NCBI GenBank assembly: GCA_033791425.1
Contig: JASJGQ010000261.1
Span: forward strand, 3,068-67,067
Reading direction: 5' to 3'
Length of the DNA stretch: 64,000 bases
Source of the DNA: Acidobacteriota bacterium
GTDB lineage: Bacteria; Acidobacteriota; Thermoanaerobaculia; Thermoanaerobaculales; Sulfomarinibacteraceae
How positions within the stretch are numbered: the first letter of the stretch is position 1; the number at the start of each line of letters is the position of its first letter. Under the pieces are notes generated by a model. It saw only the letters and a list, made by a program, of their open reading frames with translations, had not been told where the DNA came from and made no database searches. Of the stretch, positions 18,183 through 26,909 are shown piece after piece. The position numbers were made by a program, and so were the translations under genes.

Positions 18183-19055
18183 CTACCCGCCATTCGAGGG
18201 CTTGTCCGGACGCCCCTTTTTCCGGGGGGATTTCTTGGCCACCGAGACACCGACCCGTGAGGCTTCGGCAAAAACGTAGCTCGGGTCCCCGGTCTTCTGA
18301 TTGATGATCGTCGCATAGGGAAATACAAGCGCAGTGTCGGGCCCGGAATCGAGGTAAAAGACCAGGCTCCCGCCCTCGAGGATTGTGCCGAGCCGTCGTT
18401 GGGTGTGACCAAACGGAGGGACGTCGAAGAACTCGGAGTCCAGGACGGCGCCATCGGCGCTCTGGATATCGAGACGGATTGTGGTCCACTCGGCCGTCCA
18501 CGAAGCAATGCCGACGTTGCAGCGAAAATATTCCCCATCGTTGAGGATTCCAGCCGCGTAGGCGAGGGACTCCCAATCGGTTCCCCGCTCGACACCCGCT
18601 CCGAAAACCGTCAGGCCAAACTCGCCATCGCCGCTCGCGTCCGGTGTGTAGGTCCGCGACGTGGTCAGGAAGTGACAGTCCTCGATCGGGTCGCAGGCCA
18701 GGGCCGTGTCGGCGTAGGCGAGGATCGCCGCCGTACCTTCAAGATCGAAGACCTCGGGCCCCAGAACATCCCACAGGTTCAGTGTCTGCCACGGAGAGAG
18801 GGTGATGGTGAGGGTCGGCACCACGGTGTTCTCGGTATCGGTGGGCAGGGCCTGGACCACGACCGGCAGGTCATACTCGTGGGGATTGTGGAGCGACAGG
18901 TCCGTTCTCCAAAAGGTGTTGCGGGCCCCGGCGTTGGAGGCGGCCGCAGGTATCATCCAGTCGGCAGACAGCTGCGCCGCCGCCGGGAGGGCGAATCCCG
19001 AGATCACGACCCATCCGCAGAAGACGGCTCGACGAACGATGGTCGATTTCACCAT
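18183..19055 (-). CDS. Secreted beta-rich protein, unknown family
   Basis: The signal peptide is MVKSTIVRRAVFCGWVVISGFALPAAAQ and an SD (GGAGG) precedes ATG 19055. It ends 49 nt upstream of the GTPase-kinase gene on the same strand. The C-terminal tail is basic (KKSPRKKGRPDKP). Confidence 0.6.
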   Translation of the reverse strand: MVKSTIVRRAVFCGWVVISGFALPAAAQLSADWMIPAAASNAGARNTFWRTDLSLHNPHEYDLPVVVQALPTDTENTVVPTLTITLSPWQTLNLWDVLGPEVFDLEGTAAILAYADTALACDPIEDCHFLTTSRTYTPDASGDGEFGLTVFGAGVERGTDWESLAYAAGILNDGEYFRCNVGIASWTAEWTTIRLDIQSADGAVLDSEFFDVPPFGHTQRRLGTILEGGSLVFYLDSGPDTALVFPYATIINQKTGDPSYVFAEASRVGVSVAKKSPRKKGRPDKPSNGG

Positions 19056-19186
19056 GGCAACCTCCGACCACTTGATAGGCAAGGATCGTGCCACCGCCTG
19101 GGTCGTTGCACCGCACCCTCCCCGCACGAATGTGTCCTCCAAAGAGGACGACGGCCAGGACCACATATACTTGAAACGGAGGCTGA

Positions 19187-19738
19187 TTGGTGCGGATTTC
19201 GGGAGGGTTCGTGGTCACAGCGCTGTTGGCGGCGGGGTTTGCGTTGTACCTGACGGGCCGAGACGCCGGGTCGAGTCTTGACGCTGTAGCAAAGGTGTCC
19301 GAAGAGCTGCGCGAACCCGACGTTCCCGGTCAGGCGCTCGACCCCGAAACCGCGCTCCGGATGGTGACCGTCATGGAAGGCCTTGTCGACGCTCCCGAAG
19401 CCATCGGTGATTACGGAGAGGACCTGAGACTCATGGCTGACACGGCGGCTTCGTGGGCAGCAGCGGCGCCCACCGCCAGCCGCGAACTCCACATCGCTGT
19501 GAGTCTCCGGAGTGCCGCCGGGGACCTTCGGGCCTACGCCCTGAGACCATCGCAGTCATATCTCATGCGGGCCCGGCGTCGCCTCGACCAGGCACAAAGC
19601 TCCCTCGACGGAATGCTGAACAGCACCGCAACGCAACAGCCGCACCTGGCGACCGACGGGCTCCGTGATCAGCTGCAGAACCTCGAACAGGCGCATCGCG
19701 AACAGCAGCTGGAGGTCGACAAAGAACTCAGGCGTTGA
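19187..19738 (+). CDS. N-terminally membrane-anchored helical protein, unknown family
   Basis: It has one N-terminal TM segment (GGFVVTALLAAGFALYL) and a helical, Gln/Leu-rich C-terminus. GGAGG lies 5-8 nt upstream of TTG 19187 / GTG 19190. Confidence 0.5.
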   Translation: MVRISGGFVVTALLAAGFALYLTGRDAGSSLDAVAKVSEELREPDVPGQALDPETALRMVTVMEGLVDAPEAIGDYGEDLRLMADTAASWAAAAPTASRELHIAVSLRSAAGDLRAYALRPSQSYLMRARRRLDQAQSSLDGMLNSTATQQPHLATDGLRDQLQNLEQAHREQQLEVDKELRR

Positions 19739-20111
19739 CGTCTGCGGACAGCGCCAATCCGGCAAGGACCTCCTCACCGATATTGGTGGTATGCAAGGGC
19801 CCACCGCCCAGGCGACGGAGCTCACAGGCAAGGACCGCGAGCCACCGCTGGACGGCGGGGGTGCGCTCCACCGGCGCTCGTTGCCAGAGGCGGACACTGG
19901 TTGTGCCGCGACCGGTCGCGACAACGGCAACCGGATGGACCGCCCTCGAATGTTCGACTACGACACCTTCCACCAAGAGGGCGCGCCTGTCAGAGCGCCA
20001 CCAGAGACTCTCGGTCTTGAGAACCGCCGTTCCCCACCGTTGGACCTCGAGCCGGAGGCCATCTTCGAAACCGCGAAGATCCAGTTCGCCATCAAAAATA
20101 ATGTGCGGCAT
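19728..20111 (-). CDS. Hypothetical protein (127 aa)
   Basis: The composition is protein-like, unlike the overlapping shadow ORFs. Its ATG overlaps the yjbQ stop (TGATG), implying translational coupling. I trimmed from 20297. Confidence 0.5.
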   Translation of the reverse strand: MPHIIFDGELDLRGFEDGLRLEVQRWGTAVLKTESLWWRSDRRALLVEGVVVEHSRAVHPVAVVATGRGTTSVRLWQRAPVERTPAVQRWLAVLACELRRLGGGPLHTTNIGEEVLAGLALSADVNA

Positions 20112-20542
20112 CAGCCCGCCTCCGTCGTTCCTGCAAAACTGAAAACAACACGCCGGGGGCGGGATGCAAGATCGCACTCGACGAGAACCACTTGCTGCCA
20201 GGTACCGAACGTCGGGCTTCCGCCGATCACCGGCACGGTCAAGGACGGACCCAACAGCGCAGCCCGAAGGTGGGAAAAGCCGTTGCCGTCTCGCCACCGG
20301 AGATCGTGATGGTAGGTTCCATCCGAGGGCGCGATGACCTCGAGTGCCTCGTCGAGGTCCCGCACCGCACCCGGTTCGAACTCGATCGTGGTGATCGCTG
20401 CGGTCGAGCCGGGGACAAACACTGTCAATTGACCTTCGTTCGCGGTGATGGACGACAGCCAGGCCGTCACCTCGGTCGTGAGATCGAGGATCTGGCCGTG
20501 GCCCCCGGTCTCAAACTCCAGGTATTTATGAAAAACCATCAT
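20111..20542 (-). CDS. YjbQ/UPF0047 family protein
   Basis: Family-typical motifs are present: TVFVPGSTAAITTIEFEPG, HHDLRW..GNGFSHLRAALLGPSLTVPV, GTWQQVVLVECD. I trimmed to ATG 20542, giving about 143 aa. Confidence 0.8.
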   Translation of the reverse strand: MMVFHKYLEFETGGHGQILDLTTEVTAWLSSITANEGQLTVFVPGSTAAITTIEFEPGAVRDLDEALEVIAPSDGTYHHDLRWRDGNGFSHLRAALLGPSLTVPVIGGSPTFGTWQQVVLVECDLASRPRRVVFSFAGTTEAG

Positions 20543-20597
20543 CGGTCGAGTATAGGACCTCTGACGTTCTACATCGTCCTCTGCTACCATACCCGCC

Positions 20598-21320
20598 GTG
20601 CATATGGGGGGCGTGTTGGCCGCCGCCACAGAGGCGTTGCTTCCCGGCATGTGTCCACACTGCGATCAACCCCTTCAGGGACAGGATCGGGGATTGTGCG
20701 GCACCTGCTGGGCGATGGTGCTGCCTCGAGCCGGCGCCTCGTGCCCGCGGTGTGGGGGACCGGTCGACGACGACTCCGAGTCCTGTCTCGAGTGTGCCAG
20801 GTCCGCTCCGCCGCAGCGGGCGACGGTCGTCTGGGGAGAATACGACGGCGTTTTGAGAAGCGCCATTTTGTCACTCAAACATGGCGGCCGCGATGACCTT
20901 GCCGATCCGTTGGCGCTGAGATTGGCTGCCGCAGTGGCGGCCAGCTCCTGGGCCGGGTCAATTGATCTGGTCTCATGGGTTCCTTCGCATGCGTTGCGGC
21001 GTTTTCGCCGGCCGTACTCAGCCGCGCAGTTGCTTGCGATCGGAGTTTCGCGCCGCCTCGGCGCGAACCACCGAAAGCTGCTGGTCAGACATGGACTGGG
21101 TCGCCAGGCGGAACGGACACGTGCCCGCCGCCTCCAGCTGTCAGGCGGGGCTTTCAAAGCTGGTCGCCTCGCCAGCCGACGCGCGGTGCTTCTCGTCGAC
21201 GATGTCATCACCACCGGCACCACCATCCGGCGGGCCGCAGAAGCCGTCCTGGCGGCCGGGGCTTCTTCAGTATTCTGTGCCGCTCTCGCTGCAACACCGA
21301 CTCCGAGGAGATTTTCATGA
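20598..21320 (+). CDS. comF: ComF family protein (phosphoribosyltransferase domain)
   Basis: An N-terminal double zinc-ribbon (CPHCDQPL...CGTC, CPRCGGPV...CLEC) is followed by the PRTase motif VLLVDDVITTGTT. Confidence 0.8.
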   Translation: MHMGGVLAAATEALLPGMCPHCDQPLQGQDRGLCGTCWAMVLPRAGASCPRCGGPVDDDSESCLECARSAPPQRATVVWGEYDGVLRSAILSLKHGGRDDLADPLALRLAAAVAASSWAGSIDLVSWVPSHALRRFRRPYSAAQLLAIGVSRRLGANHRKLLVRHGLGRQAERTRARRLQLSGGAFKAGRLASRRAVLLVDDVITTGTTIRRAAEAVLAAGASSVFCAALAATPTPRRFS

Positions 21321-22228
21321 GCCTGTTCGACGCTCTCATCAAACACGGTATGCCCCTGGTCCCGAAACCCATCGTCGGTCGCGTCGCGCAACGTTATGTT
21401 GCCGGCGAGACGATGGATGACGCCGTGAGCACGCTTCGCGCCATGAACGACGAAGGCGCCATGGGGACAGTTGATGTGCTTGGTGAAGAAGTCCACGAGA
21501 GATCGAAGGCGGAAGCGGCCGTTGTCCAGTATCTGGGGCTGCTCGATCGGATCAACACTGAGGGTCTGGATGCCAACGTCTCGATCAAACCGACGATGCT
21601 GGGCCTCAAGATCGACGAAGACCTGTGCACGTCGAACATCCGAGAGATCGTCGATCGCGCCACCGAGCTTGGGAACTTCGTGCGGATCGATATGGAGGAT
21701 CACATGTGTACAGACGCGACGCTGCGCATGTACCGGCGGGTCCGTGAGGCCCACCCATCATCTGTTGGAGTGGTTCTGCAAGCCTATATGCACCGGACAA
21801 CAGCGGACATCAACGACCTGCTTTCGCTGTCCCCGAACATCAGGATTTGCAAGGGGATCTACCGGGAACCGCGAGCCATCGCGTGGCACGATTTCTCCAC
21901 CGTCAGGGAAAACTTCATCTACAACACCGAAAAGCTCCTGGCGGGTGGGGCGTACGTCGGAATTGCCACACACGACAGCCACCTCGTGTGGGCCGGCATG
22001 AGCGCGATCGATCGGCTGCAACTCGATCGTGATCAGTACGAGTTTCAAATGCTCCTGGGGGTCGACCCCGACCTCCGGAAGATCATTCTCGCCGAGGGGC
22101 ATCGTTTGCGGGTCTATGTCCCGTTCGGCCGCGACTGGTACCCCTACTCGATGCGCAGACTGCGGGAAAACCCCTCGGTGGCCCGTCACGTGATGCGCGC
22201 CATGCTCCCGTTTTCGCGACCTGTTTGA
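21317..22228 (+). CDS. Proline dehydrogenase (monofunctional PRODH)
   Basis: It is about 303 aa with PRODH barrel motifs (VSIKPTMLG, VRIDMEDH, VVLQAYM, ICKGIY, FQMLLGV, YVPFG..WYPYSMRRLRENP). The ATG overlaps the comF stop (ATGA), and an SD (GAGGAG) is upstream. Confidence 0.85.
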   Translation: MSLFDALIKHGMPLVPKPIVGRVAQRYVAGETMDDAVSTLRAMNDEGAMGTVDVLGEEVHERSKAEAAVVQYLGLLDRINTEGLDANVSIKPTMLGLKIDEDLCTSNIREIVDRATELGNFVRIDMEDHMCTDATLRMYRRVREAHPSSVGVVLQAYMHRTTADINDLLSLSPNIRICKGIYREPRAIAWHDFSTVRENFIYNTEKLLAGGAYVGIATHDSHLVWAGMSAIDRLQLDRDQYEFQMLLGVDPDLRKIILAEGHRLRVYVPFGRDWYPYSMRRLRENPSVARHVMRAMLPFSRPV

Positions 22229-22301
22229 TCCTCTCGCGTTGAGACAGAACGGAAAAACGAGTATGCTGGCCCTGCGCCTACCCACGCGCCGGAGGATAGA
22301 T

Positions 22302-23240
22302 ATGCGTTTGTGGAAAACCAAATTGTTCGTTTCCCTGCTTGGTGTGATCACCACTGCTGGCCTTGTCTTTGCCGGGGCGCAGGCCCGCGTCGAGGGCCAC
22401 GTGACCGACTCCATGGGAAACCCAATCGCGAACGCCGAGGTCACCGTCACCTCACCGGATGTCTCCACGTTTAATATGGTGGTGACCGCCGACAAAAAAG
22501 GCGTGTTCAAGTTCCTGCTTCTCGATGCAACGAGATACTACCTCTTTCATGTGGAGGCCGCGGGATATCAGGCCCAGGAACGCCCCTTCAAGGTTGATGC
22601 CGGCAGCACCGATAATCTCTTCGAGTTTACTTTGAGCACCATTCAGGAGGCGGTCGACCAGGGCAACGCGAGCATTCTCGAGCAGCCCGGCTACAAGGAG
22701 ATGGACGAGGCCAGAGAACTCTATGAAGCCGGCGACATGGTGGCCGCACGTACCAAGTTCGAGGAGGCGATCGCCGCCAAACCGGATCTGTTGCCGGCTC
22801 TCACAGCCGTCGCCGAACTGAGCTACGACGCCGGCGACTTCGAGGCCGCGATCGACGCTGCCGAAAAGTGCCTCGAACAGGACGACGAAAGCCTTGATTG
22901 TCTCGCCATCGCGGCCAACGCGGCCCGGAGTTCCGGGAATGCGGCGGCCTACGCCGGTTATATGGCGCGATACGAGCAACTCAACCCGGACGATCCGACG
23001 ATTCTCTACAATGCCGCCGCTGGTTACCTCAACAAACTGGATGACGAGGGCGCACGACCGCTGCTCGAAAAATGCCTCGAGGCCGACCCGGATTACCCTG
23101 AGTGCAACTTCGAGTTCGGGATGTTGCTTCTGCGGGCGGGCGATATGGAAGGCGCCAAGCGCCATATGGAAAAATATCTCGAGCTCGCGCCGGACGGACC
23201 CGATGCCGCCACCGCACAGGAGACCATCAAGTACCTGTAG
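22302..23240 (+). CDS. Secreted carboxypeptidase-regulatory-like domain + TPR repeat protein
   Basis: The signal peptide is MRLWKTKLFVSLLGVITTAGLVFAGAQA. It is followed by RVEGHVTDSMGNPIANAEVTV (CarboxypepD_reg-like) and TPR-like helices. GGAGGA lies upstream of ATG 22302. Confidence 0.7.
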   Translation: MRLWKTKLFVSLLGVITTAGLVFAGAQARVEGHVTDSMGNPIANAEVTVTSPDVSTFNMVVTADKKGVFKFLLLDATRYYLFHVEAAGYQAQERPFKVDAGSTDNLFEFTLSTIQEAVDQGNASILEQPGYKEMDEARELYEAGDMVAARTKFEEAIAAKPDLLPALTAVAELSYDAGDFEAAIDAAEKCLEQDDESLDCLAIAANAARSSGNAAAYAGYMARYEQLNPDDPTILYNAAAGYLNKLDDEGARPLLEKCLEADPDYPECNFEFGMLLLRAGDMEGAKRHMEKYLELAPDGPDAATAQETIKYL

Positions 23241-23277
23241 GAAGAGGGTTTATGGCGGCCACGAGCGGGAAGCTCCG

Positions 23278-23901
23278 GTGAAAACGCTGTGTATCGGCGT
23301 TGCCGGGGGGACGGGCTCCGGTAAGACCACCGTGGCGAACGAGATCGTGCGCCGGGTCGGTCGCAGCCGGATCGTCACGGTGAACCAGGACCGCTATTAC
23401 CACGACCTCGCCCCGGTCGACGCGCATCAGCGGATTCACCACAACTTCGATCATCCGTCGGCCATCGAAGAGCAGCTGTTGGTAGAGCATGTCCGATTGC
23501 TCAAGGCGGGTCGCCCGGCGCCGCTTCCGATCTACGATTTTACCCGCCACGTTCGTACCGAGGCAACGGAGGTCGCTCATCCACAATCGGTGATCCTCAT
23601 CGAGGGCATCCTGGTTCTGGCGATCCCCGCGCTTCGCGAACTTCTCGACGTCAAGATCTTCGTCGACACAGATTCGGATCTTCGCTTTATCCGGCGACTC
23701 AGACGGGACATGGATGAACGCGGCCGCACTTTGGAGTCGGTCGTCGATCAGTACCTGGCCACAGTACGACCTATGCACCTGGAGTTTGTGGAGAGTTCCA
23801 AGCGGTGGGCTGACGTCATTATCCCCGAAGGCGGCTACAACACCGTTGCCCTTGATCTTGTCATCAGCCGGATCGGGGAGATGCTACAGGGCACCGACTG
23901 A
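23278..23901 (+). CDS. udk: Uridine kinase
   Basis: The P-loop IGVAGGTGSGKTT is present, with DRYYHD, NFDHPSA and FVDTDSDLRFIRRLRRD. A GTG start is chosen by frame and family length. Confidence 0.9.
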   Translation: MKTLCIGVAGGTGSGKTTVANEIVRRVGRSRIVTVNQDRYYHDLAPVDAHQRIHHNFDHPSAIEEQLLVEHVRLLKAGRPAPLPIYDFTRHVRTEATEVAHPQSVILIEGILVLAIPALRELLDVKIFVDTDSDLRFIRRLRRDMDERGRTLESVVDQYLATVRPMHLEFVESSKRWADVIIPEGGYNTVALDLVISRIGEMLQGTD

Positions 23902-23906
23902 GCGTT

Positions 23907-24245
23907 CTAACGGGGTTCTGTCGTCGTCCGTCGGCGGCGACGGCTGCGGAGTTCCTCTTCCTTGAACATGAACTTGATGGACTGTTTGAAAAGCAGCAGA
24001 TTCGGTGCGTCAACCCGGTTGAGTTTGATGCATTTCTTGTCGTACCACTCAATCCAACCCTTGAGCTCGGTTCCGTCGGTGAGGACCACGACCATCCCCG
24101 TCCGGTTCTGCATCTGCTTGAGGTAATAAAAGCTCTCGGCGTTTGTCTGTTCAGCCGGAGCTTGCTTGCGTCTGGTGGTGGCTCTCGCTGGATGTTTTTC
24201 CATCATCTCATTCATCGACGGTCGAATCAGCTTACGGTCGGACAT
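23907..24245 (-). CDS. Sm-fold, Hfq-like RNA-binding protein with a long N-terminal extension and an Arg-rich tail
   Basis: The core MVVVLTDGTELKGWIEWYDKKCIKLNRVDAPNLLLFKQSIKFM parallels the Hfq Sm1/Sm2 layout (V.V.L.NG..L.G.I...D...I.L / YKHAI). An SD (GAGGAG) precedes ATG 24245. Confidence 0.55.
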   Translation of the reverse strand: MSDRKLIRPSMNEMMEKHPARATTRRKQAPAEQTNAESFYYLKQMQNRTGMVVVLTDGTELKGWIEWYDKKCIKLNRVDAPNLLLFKQSIKFMFKEEELRSRRRRRTTTEPR

Positions 24246-24405
24246 GAAGCTCTCCTCACGCCCCATGCTGTGCGGCGAATTTTCCGGAAGCATGAAGTCT
24301 TCGGGTTCTAATCAGGAGAGTAACAGAATCGCGGATCGGTGTCTTCCTTGTCCGCTTCAGGGCAGGGAGACCGCGGGAATCAACTGGTGCGGCGAGCTTG
24401 GTTTC

Positions 24406-25104
24406 TCAGCGGCGGTTCCGCGAATCGTCGGGGTACTGTTCCACTTCGTGTGCGAGACAGCACATCAGGCGGCCACACAGCCCCGAGATCTTGCTGGGAT
24501 TCAGGCTCAGGTTCTGGCGCTTAGCCATCTTCACCGTCACCGAATGAAACCGATCCATAAACGTGGTGCAGCAGAGGCAACGACCACACGGACCGAGCCC
24601 GCCACACATCCGGGCGCCATCCCTGACTCCGAGCGATCTCATCTCTATGCGGCGCCGAAAACGTCGTCCGAGGTCCCGCTGCAGGGGCCGATAATCAACC
24701 CGTTTTTCGGCTGAAAAATAGATCACGGCCTTCCTGCCCGACAACGGCAGACTGACCTTGACGGGATGGAGGTCGAGATCGAGTTCTCGCGTCCGGCGTC
24801 TCAGGAATTGTTCGATCTCGCGCTCGAGATGGCCGGTGTCCTGGTGGCGCTTTTCATCTTCCGTCGTGGCCCGGCGCACGACTCTCGTTGTCTTGCGACG
24901 GGGGAGCTTTATCGTGGGCGGTGAATACGCTGTCACCTTGCCGAGAAACTTGCCGTCGGGAGTTTCGACGACGATGGCCTCACCATGGTGTAGGGAAAAG
25001 CTGTTGGAACGGCAGGCAAACGGCGGCAGATTCGGGTCAACCAGCACCGGCACCCAATCCTCGGTCACCGGCACGACGGAAACCGGGACGAGCTCGGGCG
25101 TCAT
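24406..25104 (-). CDS. PSP1 domain protein (RicT/YaaT-like)
   Basis: The Cys-rich PSP1 C-terminal signature is present: [18 protein letters not shown]...[16 protein letters not shown]. It overlaps the purE stop by 4 nt. Confidence 0.8.
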   Translation of the reverse strand: MTPELVPVSVVPVTEDWVPVLVDPNLPPFACRSNSFSLHHGEAIVVETPDGKFLGKVTAYSPPTIKLPRRKTTRVVRRATTEDEKRHQDTGHLEREIEQFLRRRTRELDLDLHPVKVSLPLSGRKAVIYFSAEKRVDYRPLQRDLGRRFRRRIEMRSLGVRDGARMCGGLGPCGRCLCCTTFMDRFHSVTVKMAKRQNLSLNPSKISGLCGRLMCCLAHEVEQYPDDSRNRR

Positions 25105-25631
25105 ACGCCTCCTCCGCCGCCTGTGGACTCGGCGATTTCACCGTCTCCTTTGAGAACCGCTGCGGCACCCTGCCGTCGCGCCTCTTCGAGGGCGTTTCGC
25201 ACGTCCGGTCGTCCTGAGGCAATGATCTGCGCCGCAAAAAAGGCCGCGTTCTTTGCTCCAGCCGGACCGACGGCAAATGTCGCCACAGGAATTCCGGACG
25301 GCATCTGGACAGTCGACAACAGCGCATCAACGCCGTCGAGCACACCTCCGGGCAGCGGCACACCCAACACCGGCCGAACCGTGTGCGCTGCAACCGCCCC
25401 TGCCAGATGAGCGGCCATGCCGGCGGCACAGATGAAGGCCTGGCACCCGTTCTTTTCTGCGTTGCGGACCAGCTCCAACGTTCGCTCCGGCGTGCGGTGG
25501 GCGGACGACACCCGCACTTCAAATTTCAGGCCCAATTGACCCAGAACATCGACCGCTCCCTGGAGGTGTTTCCAGTCGCTGGCGGAGCCCATGAGAACCA
25601 AAACGTCGAGATCAGCCACCTTCGGCCCCAA
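25101..25631 (-). CDS. purE: 5-(carboxyamino)imidazole ribonucleotide mutase
   Basis: The motifs [17 protein letters not shown] and [10 protein letters not shown] are present. The start may be GTG 25619. Confidence 0.9.
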   Translation of the reverse strand: MGPKVADLDVLVLMGSASDWKHLQGAVDVLGQLGLKFEVRVSSAHRTPERTLELVRNAEKNGCQAFICAAGMAAHLAGAVAAHTVRPVLGVPLPGGVLDGVDALLSTVQMPSGIPVATFAVGPAGAKNAAFFAAQIIASGRPDVRNALEEARRQGAAAVLKGDGEIAESTGGGGGV

Positions 25632-26904
25632 GTTTCGTCAGGGTGTCACGGCCAATATCGGACCGGTACCACATGCCTTCATACTGGATCTTGGCGACAC
25701 CCGAGTACGCCGCATCGAGCGCCTCTGTCAAGGTCGCGCCCCGTCCGCACACCGAGAGGACCCGGCCGCCCGAGGTGACGAGGCGACCGTCGTCGTCACG
25801 CCTGGTGCCGGCGTGATAGACCGTGACACCGGGCAGTGCGAGGGCCTCGTCGATACCGGTGATCTGATCGCCCTTGCGCGGGATTCCAGGATACCCCTCA
25901 GCCGCCATCACCACGCACGCGACCGCCTCTTTCCGCCACTGGAGGCTCGGTGTGTGCATGGCACCATCTGCGGCATCGCACGCCAACTGTGCGAAGTTGT
26001 CATCGAGGCGTAGAAAGATGGCCTGGGTCTCCGGGTCACCGAGGCGACAGTTGAACTCGAGCACCTTGGGGCCATCGGCGGTCATCATCAGACCAACGTA
26101 GAGCACGCCCCGGTACTCCCGCCTTTCAGCTTCCATCCCGGAGATGGTCGGCCGCACGACGGTGTCGAGGATCAAGCGGCTCGTGCCGGGCGGGATCACC
26201 AGCGCAGGAGAATGTGCTCCCATCCCGCCGGTGTTCGGGCCTTCGCCATTTTCGTGCGCGCGTTTGTAGTCGTGCGACGTGGCGATCGGCACCACCCGTG
26301 TGCCATCGCTGATCACCATATAGGAGACTTCGTCGCCCTCCAGACATTCCTCGACCAACACCCTGTCGGCGGCGTCCCCAAATCGACGTTGGACGAAGAA
26401 CACATCGAGAGCATTCTCGAGATCCCGTTTGTCGCGCACGATCAGCACGCCTTTCCCGGCCGCAAGGCCATCGGCCTTGAAAACTACGGGTAGGCCGAGA
26501 TCGCGAACCGCGGATCGCGCTTTATCAGCTGTGCTGACAACTCGGGACTCGGCGGTCGGGATGCCGTGACGTTGGCAGAATTCTTTGGCGAACACTTTGC
26601 TCGACTCGAGCACGGCAGCATCTCGACGCGGACCGAAGAGCCGGAGTCCCCGTCGTGCAAATTCGTCACCGATGCCGAGCGCCAACGGGAGCTCGGGGCC
26701 GACAATCGTGACGTCGACCTTGAGGTCGGCCGCGGCTTCCGCAACTCCCGGCAGGTCGTCGGCCGACACCGGCAAACAGTCGGCGGCGTGGGCGATGCCC
26801 GGGTTTCCGGGGGCCGCGAAGACCGCATTCACCCCCGTCGATCGCCGCAACGCGTGGACGATTGCGTGCTCGCGGGCACCGGATCCAATGACCAACACTC
26901 GCAT
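25612..26904 (-). CDS. purD: Phosphoribosylamine--glycine ligase
   Basis: The N-terminus is MRVLVIGSGAREHAI, the ATP-grasp core is present and the C-terminus has GTRRDDDGRLVTSGGRVL. Full-length collinearity with PurD. Confidence 0.95.
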   Translation of the reverse strand: MRVLVIGSGAREHAIVHALRRSTGVNAVFAAPGNPGIAHAADCLPVSADDLPGVAEAAADLKVDVTIVGPELPLALGIGDEFARRGLRLFGPRRDAAVLESSKVFAKEFCQRHGIPTAESRVVSTADKARSAVRDLGLPVVFKADGLAAGKGVLIVRDKRDLENALDVFFVQRRFGDAADRVLVEECLEGDEVSYMVISDGTRVVPIATSHDYKRAHENGEGPNTGGMGAHSPALVIPPGTSRLILDTVVRPTISGMEAERREYRGVLYVGLMMTADGPKVLEFNCRLGDPETQAIFLRLDDNFAQLACDAADGAMHTPSLQWRKEAVACVVMAAEGYPGIPRKGDQITGIDEALALPGVTVYHAGTRRDDDGRLVTSGGRVLSVCGRGATLTEALDAAYSGVAKIQYEGMWYRSDIGRDTLTKLGAEGG

Positions 26905-26909
26905 CGTGG

